Shown here: one piece after another, positions 38,942 through 53,900 of the stretch | Layout: every line of letters starts with the position of its first letter | How positions within the stretch are numbered: position 1 is the stretch's first letter | Assembly: GCA_001938485.1 (NCBI GenBank) | Contig: MQRK01221508.1 | Span: 88,166 to 151,490, forward strand | Direction of reading: 5' to 3' | Source of the DNA: Girardia tigrina | Taxonomy: Eukaryota | DNA: 63,325 bases | Notes under the pieces: model-generated | What the model was told of the DNA's origin: nothing | The model's database searches: none | The model's input: only the letters and a program-made list of their open reading frames with translations | Made by a program: the position numbers and the translations under genes

Positions 38942-41900
38942 CAATTTAATATAAAAATAACAATTTAATAAAAAAAAATCATATATTAATAAAATATTAT
39001 TAATAAAATATAAACATAAAATAAAAAAAACAATATTAATGTGTCGAATTAAAAAATTTGTATCGAATTGTCTTGTGTCGAATTGTCTGGCTACCTTACT
39101 TAACACAGCATACTTTAATTAAAACATATCTGTGATAATATTTCAGTTTAATAAAATAAATATTCGCTTCTTCTTCAGAAAATATGTTTTAACGTTTTTT
39201 ACCGCATTTGTTTTAACATTTGGCTATTTTGTAATACTTAATTTTTGATTCAACATATTTTCTGACAGAAGTACAAAAAATTGTTTCGGGATTTTAAGAA
39301 AACATGAAAAATGAAATTTAAAAATGAATACTAAAATGAATTTTATTTTGATTTATTCAATCAACAGCCTACTTGCTCTGCTTTTTGTAATTTGAGATTT
39401 TATGTTGGAGTTATAGAGATATAAGTTAGTAATATTTTTTGCACTCAGTCAATCTTCATTATTATTTCTATTCGTCTCTTCTCCTGCCCAAAGGCAATCT
39501 TTCAACTAAGATGGTGAAGAGGTACTGATCATACAGCTTACAAGTAGATGAACGATTTCTAATTTTACAGAAAAAAATGTACACAATGAAGAGATGAACA
39601 GGAGACCACGATAAATTGGTTTAGAAAATAAAATTTAAAGCAAAATAAATAGAAAGCAATGAATGAACAACTTGCGAATGCCTTAAACGTCAGCTTACAA
39701 ACAATACATAGCCCGCATTTTTGATTTTGTGCCCACTATTGGATGTGACCACATTTTTAATTTTTAGATAAATGTTTTAATTCGGTCATATTTTAGTCAT
39801 TTTCCTTGCAGTGCCTTTTAAATCTTTTGAAAGTTTGCTTCTTTCTTTCAAAACACAAACTCTAATCATATTATACCTATTTGCGATTTAAGACCAGAAT
39901 TAGGGTCCATAAATTTTGAAGGTCCGAGTCAAAAATAAGTTGTTAAATTGAAAAAAATATATTCAAATTTTTTCTAGGAAAAATTAATCATAGTTACACA
40001 CTCCTCAATAATAATTGTAAATTATACGGCTTCTGTTTGATTATTATTCACTTACAAAATTTATGATTTGGCTACCAGAAGTCGAATATGCATTACATTT
40101 TCAGAAAATTTATAAAGACACGTATGTAGGCCCATAAGGGTTTATTCATGAAATGTAATAGAAATAAAATATTTCAGTTTTGTATTAAAATGGTGAATAT
40201 AATCACCTTGATATGTAAATATAACACTCATTACCATTAATGTTAGGAATATTTGTACAAAGATTAGAACGTTTATTTAGTTTATAAATGTAATTCAAGT
40301 AAGCCTATACTGAATGTTTTCCAAAATTCTGGAAATCGAAAACCAATGAGAGTAATGTAAATAAAAAATTTTAGGATAAATATTTATTTAACTTTATGAT
40401 TTCCATCTCAATTCCTCAACGAACAGATTCACAAATTATTTCCACTTTTCCTTCAGAGATACATTAAGTTGTTTGAACTTTATGGTAAGGACGGGGTGTT
40501 AAATTTAAAAAACTAATATCGTTATATTTATTATTAATTCAATCAAATAAAAGTTAATCTTACCAGGATATTTCATTTTATTTTCAATGAACATGTTCTT
40601 TTGATAATCTACTTCAAACGATTAAAAAATATAAATAAATTACTTAGATATTACCATGATTTCGGATACGTTTAGTAATCATTGATGGTTTACCCCTTCC
40701 AAAATCTGTAACTGGCACAATTCTTAATTGATAATTCATATTCGGATCCAATTCAGATATATCAACGCGATTTTTTTTAATATTCTGCTTGAGAACAATC
40801 CAGTCATCGTTGTTTGCGTCTGCCATACTCATCTCACGGTATTGAACATCAACTGAGAATGGAGTATAAAGATCTGAAGACATTCTCGGAGGTGTCCATG
40901 ATAATATAGACTCCATCTTCCCATTCGTTCCAGGAATCACGATATCCTCCATATTCAAACGAACAAATGAGAAATCCGGTATGGCTGAATGTTTAATAAT
41001 TATAAAACAAATCAAAACAAAATTTTCACTTAATGATAAAAATAACTTTTACTTTATTACCTTCTTTTAAACTTAAAGGTTGTCCAAATAAATGTAGTTA
41101 ACGTAAATCATAAAATATATATTTCTCTAACTACGAATTTTCAATTTATGTGTTCCGGAATGGAATAATAAAAAATAATTAATATTAAAGAATAAAATTT
41201 TAAATTAATTGTAAATTATTGTAAAAATTTGTATTAAAAAATTACAAACTTTTTCGTGTAAATGTAGAAAGTTCTTTTTAATGTTTATCGAAATAGTTGC
41301 TTAGCAACTTTTGTTTAATAATAAGAAAAAAATTTGAATATTCAGATTCTATTTTGAAGTGCGACTTTTTGTTTTGGTGGTATAAATTCTGAATTGACAA
41401 TTTCGACAAAATTATTTTGAGGAAAATTATTGCATTTTAAATTCTGTTACTACGTGTTGCTGAATATTAGTTTCGGTAATTCGAGTATGGTGATAAACAT
41501 CAAATTCAATCTTCTACTACAAGATCTGATTTATTCTTTCGACAAGAACATCGATTTCTACAACAATAATCTCCAGCATTTCAATTTAGATGGAATTTTC
41601 GGAATGAGCATAGAAAATTACGCTAACCTAAAAACAAACCTAATTTAAATGTTGGAGCGGAAATTAGCCGATTTGACCAAACATTTTTACCAGTTTCAGG
41701 AAAATATAAATAAAATATATAATTAAATTAATAAATTAAAATAATTAAATAAATTTATCAAATAAAATAAATTAAATAAATAATTAAATATAAAACAATA
41801 AATAAAATTAAAAATTGGCTCTCTTTCTTTCTTTTATTAATTATTTTCCAAATTTATCAGTCACATTTACAATAGACTTAATTTGTATTTTCTTTTCATT

Positions 41901-44900
41901 GTCTTTTATGAATTCTCTTTGTTGGATTTGCAGATGAGAGTGAAAATAATTTTACTGAGCAAGAAGAGGCAACATTATATAAGTTAAAACACATTATCAA
42001 TCGATAATGTGAATATAATATAATTAATTGAATGGTGAGCCTCATCTTTGCATGTTAATCTTTCTGCTTTGTAATTACATGATGGTGTGTGTGTCTGGAT
42101 TGCGTGTGTGTGAAAATGTTATATGTATATAAGTGAGTGTGAATGCACGTGTGTTTATGTTATGTCCAATAGGACAAAAATGTAAAATAAATAAATCTAA
42201 TTTGTTGGTAAATGTATGTAAGGTATGCGAGTGTGTGTGTGTAGCCAGAGAATTGTTGTTATGAGCATTTGTCAGAAATTTGAATGAAAGTTGGAAAAAA
42301 AAGTTGAATTTTGAGTTGTATTAAAAATTTAAAAGAACAAATAAAATATTTCAAATTGGAAAATAATTTTTTGTCTTCATTTTCAATTCCACGAAAACTT
42401 AAAAATGATCTTGCTGACAAATTTAAAAATAAACGATGCCATGGTGTTAGCGGCTTCAATGCAAGAAGATGAAAAGATTAAAAGTTTAAATAATCATCAA
42501 AATCAGGTGAAACCATTGTTTAAGAAAATGACTAATTTATATTATTCAATTTCTTCCATAGAAAGTGATCTATATATGTTTCATGATTTAATTGATAGAG
42601 AAATTTGTTGTATCATCTTAACTAAAAAGGAATTTTCTAAAAAAGTGGCATTTGCATTTTTGATTGTTATTATAGGTGAATTTCATAATAAATATGGCAG
42701 TAAATTTGAAATTGCATCGAGACCGTATGCATTTATTGAGTTCGATAAAGATATTCAAAATTCACAAAATAAATATACAGTCACCCGAACACCAATAACT
42801 TTTACTCAAATTAATTCTAATTTAAACGTTCAAAGAATTATAGTGAAAAACATTAACGATGTAATTCAACGAGGAGAATCTCTGAGTGATTTAGATGATG
42901 AATCGACAGACAGTTCTTCTCTTTCCAAAACATGGAGACACGGCTTCCTGTCCAAATGTGTTGAATGAATAAACATTTAAAATCAATTAAAATTTTATAA
43001 ATTATTTGAATTAAAATATTAATTAACTGTCAATAATAATTAAAATTAAATATAAAAAAAATATTCTGTTGAGTACTGTCATTATAAAATATTCAATCAA
43101 ATTCCTTAGTTAAATAAGTTTAAAATAAATAATTTTATTTCATTAAAATGTCTTACTAATTTGAGGATGTAATTTGACTATTTGTGAAGGTATTCCTGAA
43201 CCAAATTGATTTGAGGCAATTATTCTGAACATATATTCTTGGCTCGGATCAGGACTTTCCCAATGGAAGGAGTTTTCCTCTAAACCGGATATCAATTCTA
43301 TCCAATTCAATCGTTTAATGTCTTTTGAACGGTTTTTTATATTATCATTAGAACTAAGAACAACGTATTGAACTTCGTATTGCATGTCTATCAAAAGTGC
43401 AGACGGTATACAAATTTCATTACTTTCCGGCGAGAATCCCGACTGCAAGTCAGGCTCTGTCCATTCTATAACAAAATCCGTAACTGAATCCGAGATGAGT
43501 TTCGGTTTCATCAAAGACATGTCTGGAACAAGAAGATCTGAACCGAAAATGATTTAATGAGCCTTTTATGAAGTACTATAAAAATTATATATAATGTAAG
43601 CGCTAGTTCATATTACAATCATATTTAAAATAAATTACTAATCTGTCTAAAATATACATATTTGTATCTAATTTCTATTCAATTATAATTGCGATTTTCC
43701 CATAATAAACGGTAATCTTGTAAAAATAAAGGTCCAATGTCATATATAAACGTTATCGTCATTTTAAATAATATAAATATATTTTAAATATAATTATAAT
43801 AAGTAACAACGAATTTCAGTAAAATATTACATTAAAGAAATAAAGGTTTTGGGAAATTAATAAAGACTTGTTTCATAGATAATTGTACTTTTCATATGTT
43901 AATAAAATACAACTTTTGGTTTCATCCTTAACTTAAAGAATATTTGATTTTTTTTATTTTTCTTTTTCTCATAATCTTAATCGTATTAAAAAGAAATACT
44001 AAGTTTAGACTAAGATTACCAAAACAAAATTAACGGGATGATTGGGACACAGTTGAATCTGACCTTTATTTTGAGTTTGGAATTGATGTATTTTATTGAC
44101 AATAAAAAGAAGATTAATTTGATTGTTCATTTTCAAAATGATCGATTTTGTCAAATAGAACACATGAAATATGCGATTTATTTCAATTGTTCTTCAAGAC
44201 TCCAGTCTACAAGGACAAAAAATTGGTCATTTAAGCAAAATTTTCAATTCAATTTTCCCGTTGACCATTAAAGAGGAGAGGGAGGAAATCTCGCAAAATG
44301 TAACTTATTTTTCCCGTGGAGGGGGCCCCCTATAGGTTGGTGGGGCTCATTTTTGTCATCCAAAAACTGAAAAGAACACTAAATGTGTTACATAAGCATT
44401 CTTTCAGTTTACTTAAGGATTTTATTTTAAAAAATCACCAATTTTTCGAAATTTATTTACAATCTTTAAATAAATGATTTAATAATATTTAAAATTATTT
44501 TGTGCTTGCAAAAGTTCTTATGCTTTTTCAATGTGTTTTGTATCAATTCAAGAGTTTTTTCTGTCCATATCTTCGTCTATTATAGAAGGTACCTGTTTCT
44601 TTGAAATGGTCTAGAAATACGGAGACTTTTACACAATTAACACTAAAAAATTTACCCACATCATATATATTGATAATTCTCTAATTTCATCCGAATACCA
44701 AACTGCTGGTATGAAACTTTTATTATTAAAATATTTAACAAGATAAATAATTTCAATTATTTATATGCTATTCAATATAAAAATTTCAGAAATAAACATT
44801 GCGAGGAGTTGGTTTAAATTTGCATTTCGCCTGTGAGGAATATTTTGAATGTTTGATGTTTTGTGTTTGAATGTGTATGTTGATTTGGAAATGTGTCTCT

Positions 44901-47900
44901 CCTACTCAGATGGATGATTAATGTTTTAATTCTTATTATATAAAAATAAGTAATGTTTAAATTTATTTTTAATTTCATATAATTTTAAAATTTTAAATAA
45001 GTTAATTAAGTTTTATAATATTTAATAAATAAATCAAATTAATATTTTTTAAATAATTAATTATCATTTTAATTATTATCCAATAAGTTTTGAGTGAATA
45101 TTTTATTTAAATATTTATTTCCCCATTTTCTAAAAAAGTAATGAGAATTAAACCATTAATCAATTTTCTCTTTGAATGCAAATATACGAAAGTTTTGACA
45201 AAGATTGTTTTGAGGACAATCAAAATTGTTGCTTAAATAAAAATATAAAAAATCAAATTGGTGTTCTTAATATCGCCAAAATAGTTTATTACTTTTTTAA
45301 TTTAAAAGTATTAAAAAAAATAAAAAATCAAAAGTTTTAAAATTAAAAATGATATTATAAAGAAAACTATCAAAATTTAAATGCTTATATAAAAATAAAA
45401 AAAATTTACAGTTATAAAAATTGATATATTTTTTAAAAAGTTTTGAAATAAAAATTTTTAAATAAATAATAAACGGATTAAACTTTATAATATTTTAAGA
45501 AATAATTTTTTAAATGACAGGTTTATGTTAAATTTAAATTAACCCATTAATACCGAGAATTATGTAATATGAATTTTTCATAATGCCTGGTGACAGAGAA
45601 ACAAAACATATTCCGTATGTGTTCTGAACCTTCAGAGTACACACCTTATCAACGAAACATAGCTAAATTCAATGTATTTACTTTTACAGCCATTTTTATT
45701 AGCTGGGCACGAATGTTCCCGTTCGGCGTTAATGAGTTTTAATGAGTTAAGGATAATGAGTTTTAGGATAAAATTTTATAAAAATTTTTATTTATAAATT
45801 AAAATTTAATTTTATTGATTTAAAGTTTGAAAATTTAAAAGTTACGAAATTTTACAAATTGAATAGAAGAACATTTTAATAGATTGATGTTGGCGGAATA
45901 ATTGAATTAACAAGATATTTGTTTAATTACGTGAATTATTGTCATTAATAAAATTTTGGTGTTAAATTATGAATATTGAATCTAGTGATAATGTGGCATA
46001 AAAGCTACTTGCACACATTATTTAAATATGGTCATAAATTTACTCGGCATATGAGAAATATTTTAAATTGTGTATTAATGTGGAGTGTTGATTTATGTGT
46101 GCTGAAATTGGAATTGTGATTCTTCAAACCAGTTGGAAAATTGGTTCTTCAATGTCTTTATCTTAACTTATCATTCGAACAATATTGAAATTTTTAATAA
46201 TTCGATAAAATTTAATTTTAAAAAGTAATAAGTTATCATAAATCTTAAATTTTTGTAATCTGTTTCAAATTTTTAAATGAACATGTTTAATATATTAATT
46301 AAAGACATTATGGAGGTTTTAATTAATTTTACAATAAATTTGATTTAGTTTTTATAATTTAATGAAATATTTTTCAAATAAATTAAAACATAAACTACGT
46401 AATTTTGTAATGTAATTGTATTAAAAAAATTTTTATCTAGATTTTTTTATTTAAAATCAAATTTAAATAAAATAATATTGAAATTAAAAACGTAAAATTG
46501 ATGATGACATTAATTGAAATTATAAGAAATGTTTTAACAATAATTGCACCAGAGCATACGGCACATCATAGTATTCCAGTTATATGGATCAAGGATTTTC
46601 TACAGTATCGTTGACCAGTGACATGAATCAAGGTGAAAAGTTACATTTCAAGGGTACGAGATCTACAGAGACCTGAAACAATGGAAAAATAAGGTAATGT
46701 AGAAGCAAGTGTGCGATTCCATAGTGTCGAGATTCGAAGTCTCAGTGGCTGTTGGTCTGCCGGGTGATGAGTGATTAAAACGGCTTCCTCTGATAAGTCG
46801 ACCAATCAAAGCCAGTCTTGTCAGAGACACAAAATATAAAAGTAATTAAAATCACTTTTTAAATTCTTTTGTGTGATTACTATATTTTTTGCTTCGATTT
46901 TTTTGAATCGCAAAATTTGTTGAAATCAATTATTTTTTTATGTATCAATTTTAAAATAAAACGAATTTATTTTTATAAAACTAAAATTTGTTTTTCATGA
47001 TTTTAGGAATTTTTGTTTTTATATTTTTGTAAAAATGAAGATTGAAAAACGATTTGAATTATTTTCTGCGATTGTAAAACGAATAATAAAAACTACTTGA
47101 AGCTTTTATAAGATAATAAATAAATGAATTTTGTTATAAAACTTTGAGTTCTTTTGATTTGATATGATATCAACAATCAAAATACTTTTACTTGAGTAAA
47201 ATAATGATCTTCTGAACAATATTTTAAAGTGAACCATGCATGAAATGCCTGAGCTTCAAATCCTTTGCATCTCTGCTACTACCGGTCAGTCTCTGGGGAA
47301 ACCTGGGGACTGTACCAAACATAATTGTGTGAAAACAACCACTAAATGTAAAACTCAACAATTATTTTATTTTAATAAAATGTCCCCTTAAGTTCTTTGA
47401 TTTTTTAAAAGTTTTATCCCGCATAAGGATCGTTGATAAAAATCAGTATATGCTAAAGAAGATAAAATTAATTTAAGTTACACAGTATAAGAATTATATT
47501 AATAAAGGCTATATGAAACTTGGTTATATTCTACGATATTCATATACTTTAGAAAATGCTTTAAATATAAATTAAAAAAAATACCAAAATAAAATAGTAT
47601 AAAAACCTTTTGATATAAAAATTCTGAATATTCGACTTGGACTCAGTTTCTCTCCGTTATAAAAGGGTTGGATTCGGAAAAGACTCTCTTGAAACGTAAT
47701 TGGAATTATTATTGAATTACCAAATACTTTGGCCGAAGTTTCCGTCCAGTTAGACGTCTCTTTAGCAAATTTCTTTTCGATTTGAAAACTTAATTCATCG
47801 GCACTTATATCATTATCGAAAATAGATTCGCAAAGGTGCCATTTGATCTCGATTTCCTCACAGTTTATGACAAAGTATCGAATGGATTTAATAACTTGTT

Positions 47901-50900
47901 CATTTGATAAAACGTTTATCAATGAATGCATGGAAACCTCTTTACTGGGCCCACTGAAACTCAGAGCATTTTTTGCCAACACTCGATAAGTTGTCACTCC
48001 AAACTTATCGATTTTTGAATTTTTGAAGCTACATTTTTCTAACTTTTCAACAAGGGTGAACCAGTACTGGTGACCAGTTTTACATTGTAAAGTGTACGAT
48101 ATTGGACAATCAATAAGTTTATGACATGTGGATTCTGACCATTTTATTTCATGGTATCCGTTGAGATCGAAAACTTGAACATTTTCTGGAGTTGTTGGAA
48201 TGCATTCGTTTTTAGATGGAATAGTCACAATATTATAACCATCGTGAAAGTCACTTTTATTTTCCTCTAAGGCTAAAATTTTTAGTTGACGAGAAAAATT
48301 CTCTGATAGAGGTAATTCTAAAAAGCAATCTTCCCCAAAAATTATTGATTGAACTTGATCCCAATCTGAATTATAAAAATTTTTCTTTTGAATAATATAT
48401 TTATTATTTTTGTCCGGTAACCACGGATCCCATTTTAGATTTAATCCATCGCATGAAAGAGACACTATTTCTGCAGATTTCAGAGTATCATAAGTAATTA
48501 TATTTCTTGTTTTCTCTACTGATGGCGAACGGGTAGACGGTTTACTAACTATGTTAGCTTGAAGTCGGTAGCTTCTTGTAGGTCCATTTTGTCCAAACTT
48601 ATTCCGACAGCTCACTCGAAACTCCTGTGCAGCTTCAATTATATTTTGAGTTAGATAAACCTTACTTTCAGTAATATTTTCTTGATAGATTTTCCATGGT
48701 GAAAGTCTTCCGTTTCTATATTCAACCTTATAGTCAGGAGCAATTCCAGGAACACAAGATTCACAATATTCTGGTACGATTGCAGCACGCCATTTTAAAC
48801 ATGGTTGACCTTTGACATGAAGCCATGGTGGTTCAAGTGAAAAATCTGGTACTAATTTCAAACGATCTAATCTAGATATTAAACTTTGACTTGGTTCACT
48901 TATTCCATAATCATTAAATGCAGTAACCCGAAACATGTAAGAAACTCCTGGTTCCAGAGGCATTGAATATTCATTGTTTGTTAACTCATTACTCACGATT
49001 TGCCAACTACTTTTGGGATTATCTTTCATTTCTAAACAATAAAACACTTTACCAATGCTTTCTTCAATACTTAAATCTTTGCATCTTCCTCTGGACCATG
49101 AAAGTTTTGCACATGTTGCATCTTTAAAAACTATAGTGGGTTTATCAGAAAGTAATATTGGAGCACTGGCTCTAATCGGGATTTCGATAACATTCGATAT
49201 AGTGTCGAATCCATATTCACTAGTCGCCACACATCTTAAAGTATGGGGCTCGTTAAGTGAAAGGTATAAAGATGACAATGAGCAGGTTGTGTTGGTAAGA
49301 TTTTTTAAAATTTTCTTCCATTTTGTAGAAGTTAAAGACTTTTGTTTTTCTATACTATACGTAACATTTACACCATCTTTAATGGTAACACTGGTCCAAG
49401 ATAAAATGACATCAGCATTTTTGGAAAAATCAACTGTTAAAACTGGTTCACTCTGTGGCTTAACTGTAACAACGCAATTAAATGCGCAAAAAACTTTTAA
49501 AAAAATCTTACCTAATATAAGATTCGAATTATCCTCGAATTTATCATCTTTATCGTCATTTTCTAAAATCAAATATTAATATGGTTTAAAGGTTAATTCA
49601 TATTAATACAAAATTAAAATTGATAATCAAAAATATGCTTAGTTTTAATATATTTCTAGTTAAATGTATTACAAAGTTAAGAAATAAATAAATATGTTAT
49701 TATAATTATTTAAATTAAAATATTATATTTATTTAGCTTATGACTAATTCAATTATTGCTACTCAAAAAGTATTGATATCAATCAACTTGTTAATCACGT
49801 CTCATTGGAAAATACAAACCATATTAGTAATTACGTCCTCTTTACTTTTTCAGACCCACTCTTTTTTCTTTACCTTTCAATTTTGTGGTTAAAAATATCA
49901 CACCCTTCATAAATATGTCAAAGAATATGATTTGTTAATTTCAAATTCCTTTCTTTGTACAAAAATTAAAATCCAAAAAAGAAAAGAGAGCACATCTTTC
50001 TATTTTTCGAAGATTTGTAGCTTCTGCTCTGCAATATCGGCCCACAATGATAATACTAAAAAGATTCTTAGTTTAATAAGAAACTCAATGGTCCCACGAA
50101 AGAGACAGGTTACTTATTCAACTTAAAACATTTAAAACATTTTGATTGCTCGAAGTTTTATTCAAATTGTTTATTTAACAAACAGCTGTTATCCGAAATT
50201 CAGGTAACATATAATATACATTATTTATAAAGTAGAAATGTATTGTTGACTGAACTCCTATACCTCTTATATTAGATTTTGTACTATTTCTTATTAAAAT
50301 TTATTATTGTTTTCGTATATTTTGTGCGCTGTTTGTTTTCTTTTTCATGGATTTTTACCAAAATACACAATTTTGAAAAATGAAATGTAGTAACACATTC
50401 ATTAGTCTTTGTTTCATTGATATTGTAAGGTCTATTTTACTTTAATTTTCTTATTTATTTTTATTAAAATATTACTTTGAAAATTGTTAATGGTTCTTTT
50501 TAAAAAAATTCTCATAAATTTTTTGAAATATTTTTTTTTCACTTAATAATATAAAAATTCAAATTATCTCAGAAAACAGGAAGATTGAACAAACACAGTT
50601 GATCAACAACGTTTTTAGAAAAGATTGTAGTTAAAATTCATGAATAGAAATATATAAGACTTAAATAATAATAATTCTAAAATTTAAAATAAAAACAAGT
50701 AAATTAAACATGAAAAATCAGGTTTATATTAAATGAGTGATTTTATCACGAATTATCATCATACATCGATTTATTATGACTTACTTATGTTTTCTTACTA
50801 ATTAATCCATTAATTGGGAAATATTGGGAAACAATTTATCAGGAATGAATAAAGAGGTAAGATTTTAAGTCTATTCAATAATGAAAAGTTGGAGAAATGA

Positions 50901-53900
50901 TGGCTAAAAGATTTGTAGCAAACAGACAAAGTGAATGAAGTCTAATAGTAGTAAACATCAGGCTCATTCAGATCGTAATCATTTAGTCAGTAAATTTAAA
51001 CGACAAACAGCGAAATTTCTAATCTTCAAATCAACTATACCAGAATCACTTAAACCCTTTGAATATCGAACTTTTTTGATAAAAATTGTCTAGAATGCAA
51101 AATAAATCTCAATAAATCTCATATAATATTCAAGTTCATGTTTATTCATTTTATGGGAACCATATGCAATTAATCTTTCTCTTCCACACATGTCTTTCCT
51201 CCTATTGTATCAAAACTTGCGTCTGTATCGAGTGTAAAGTCTTTAGAAAAAACCGGGTATGACAAAATTGGTGTCTTAATCATTTTTTCTTTTAATTTTT
51301 GAAAAGCTGCATCACATTCTTCAGTTCAAATCAGTTTTTTATCCTTTCTCTTACCACATAAGCCTTTTCAAACCTTTGCATATCTAGCGTAATCCTTTAT
51401 GAATTTCCTGTAGTAATTCGTCAAACCTAAAAAGCATCTTAAATATTTGATACATGACGGGTTTTGAAATTTTCTAATCGCATCAATCTTTATTTTATCT
51501 ATCTCAATACCTTTTTTACTTATAACAAATCCTAAAAATTAATTTTTTTCTACTAGGAATTGACATTTCTCTGGATTTATTCTCAATTCTTTAATTTTCT
51601 CAAATACTTTATGTATTCTTTGAAGATGTTCTTCTTTATCTTTTGCAACAATCAAAATATCATCTAAATATACGACTGCTTCTTTCAAATTCAAATCTCA
51701 CAGAACTTTCACCACTAATTCTTGAAAATTTACTGGAGCCGCTGCAATTCCAAAAGGCATTCTCTTAAAACAATATTGAACATTCTTTGTTGAAACGCTG
51801 TTTTAATCTTTGATTCTTCTTCAACCTGATAGTATGCATTTCCTAGATCGAATGTACTAAAATATTTTGCTCCATTCAACGTGTTTAACATGTCATCCAT
51901 ATTTGGCATAGAAAATGCCGGTCTTACCGTATTTTTATTCAACTGTCGAAAATCGACACATACTCGGATGTCTTTTTTCTCTTTTTTCCATACACACACC
52001 AGAGGAAAGTTCCATGGAGAACTACACTTTTCAATTATACAGTTTTCTTTAAAATTTCTAATAACATCATTTAGTTTCTCTTCAAAATGTTGTGGTAGTC
52101 AATAAGGCTTCACTAAGACTTATTCTTCACGAGTTTCCATTTTGTGTTTCGTTAAGGAAATTTTCCCAACATCCAACTTGTCAGCCATGAATATTGATTT
52201 ATATTCTGTTAAGTCTCATTAGTTCGTTGTCAACTTTGGTATTATATATTTCTTTAATTCTCTTTAGTCTGTCATCATCTGTTGGACGATCTCTAATCAT
52301 CCATATATCACCTGAATCTATAGTTTCCTTCTTTAGTTTTATTCCAAATTTGTCCAAAAAGTCAACTCCTGCTATCATTTCTGGGTTGAGTTCTTTGACT
52401 ACATAAAACTCTATAATTTTTTGTACTCCTTCAATTATTACTTTTAATTTAACAATTCCAAAATGTATAAGGCCTGAGTCATTTGCACAATGAATGGGTT
52501 TACTCGTTTTCTTTATCTTAACATCTTTCATACTTTTAAGTATATTTGATTTAATAACATTTACTTTCGCACTGATATCCAAAAGACATTCAGCATTCAT
52601 ATTATTGTTATTAAATTCAATGCTTGACCTTTGATATTTTCAACATTTCTTCCTGTTTCAACTTTTTCGATTTTTTTATCTACTTATCAAAACAGTTTGT
52701 GTCAAATTCTTCCTTCTAACAATCTAATTCACAAACTTCGAGAGGGATATCTTCCAACGCACAATCACACATACAGTCATACATACCATTAAATACACAA
52801 TCACATACACAAACATTTTTACTTTTTAGTGAAGCATACTGATCACCTCTCCTTGTGATCGTGCATCCTCGTTTCCCTGGTCTTTATCGTATACTTGTCT
52901 ATTATATGTAAACATTCTTTGCCTCGAGTCTCATTTATTTGATTGTGTTTCTTCGTATTCGTTGTAATCGTCGCCATCATGCATTTTTGCAATATGATAT
53001 CTTTGATTTTGATGCCTCTATTGATGTCGTGGGTTATTTGCTCTAGTCCATTCATTTTTTCTGGCGTATTGGTCTCTTTCTCTAAATCTATGCTTGTTCA
53101 TGTAGCATTGCTTCCTGATATGGCCATTTCTTTAGCAAAAAGAACACTTTATATTCGGACAGTTTCTTCTTATGTGTCCTTCTTCGTGCATGCCCAGCAT
53201 TTTACAACTTTTGAATAGTTATTTCTCAGTTTTTATTCATTATTTCTTTGACTAGTGTACCTATTTTCGAAATTTCTTTGTTGGGTTCGTTCTTTATAGT
53301 GTGGTTTACGTTAGCCTACCGTTTTCCATTCATTATGTTTACCTACTATTTTGTATGCGTTTCTTCTTTTTCCATTTTTCAATATTCTATTTTCATGTCA
53401 AGACCACTCAGAAATTTTATCCATGTTTGAAACTGTGGTGTAATAGGGTTTTTCGTAGTCATCATAAAAGTGATAGCTTTATGATCCGTTCGTAACAAAA
53501 ATCTTTTCCCATACAAAAAATGTTTAAAATGTTGAGTGAAATAATAAATTGCAAGCAGTTCTTTCCTTGTTATGCAATATCAGCATAACGTTCGAAATTT
53601 TTTTATGAAGTCACCTAATTTCGACTCGGTTCCATCGAATTTTTCGTGTCCTATAATGTTCATTGTCACATGAGCAGTGGTCGCCATATTAACAACATCA
53701 AAATGAGTTTTTAAACATTTATTATTATCAAAAACGCCTTCACTATTTAACACTTTTTTTGATCAATATATTTCTGAATTCAATCTAATTATTTTCAATA
53801 AATTAAAATCTTTTAATAAAAATTATTAATTATAAAGAATCTAATTCGTTAAAATTAAATCTAAACATTTTTAAAAAAGTACATATTAAATTAATATATT

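Noticed and set aside
46755-46805. GTGATGA...CTGA, a possible C/D snoRNA
   Set aside because: Boxes are only about 25 nt apart and antisense to the host gene.
49055-49579. 174-aa plus-strand ORF
   Set aside because: Antisense shadow of the Fn3 exon; the same applies to shadow ORFs over the transposases and gag.
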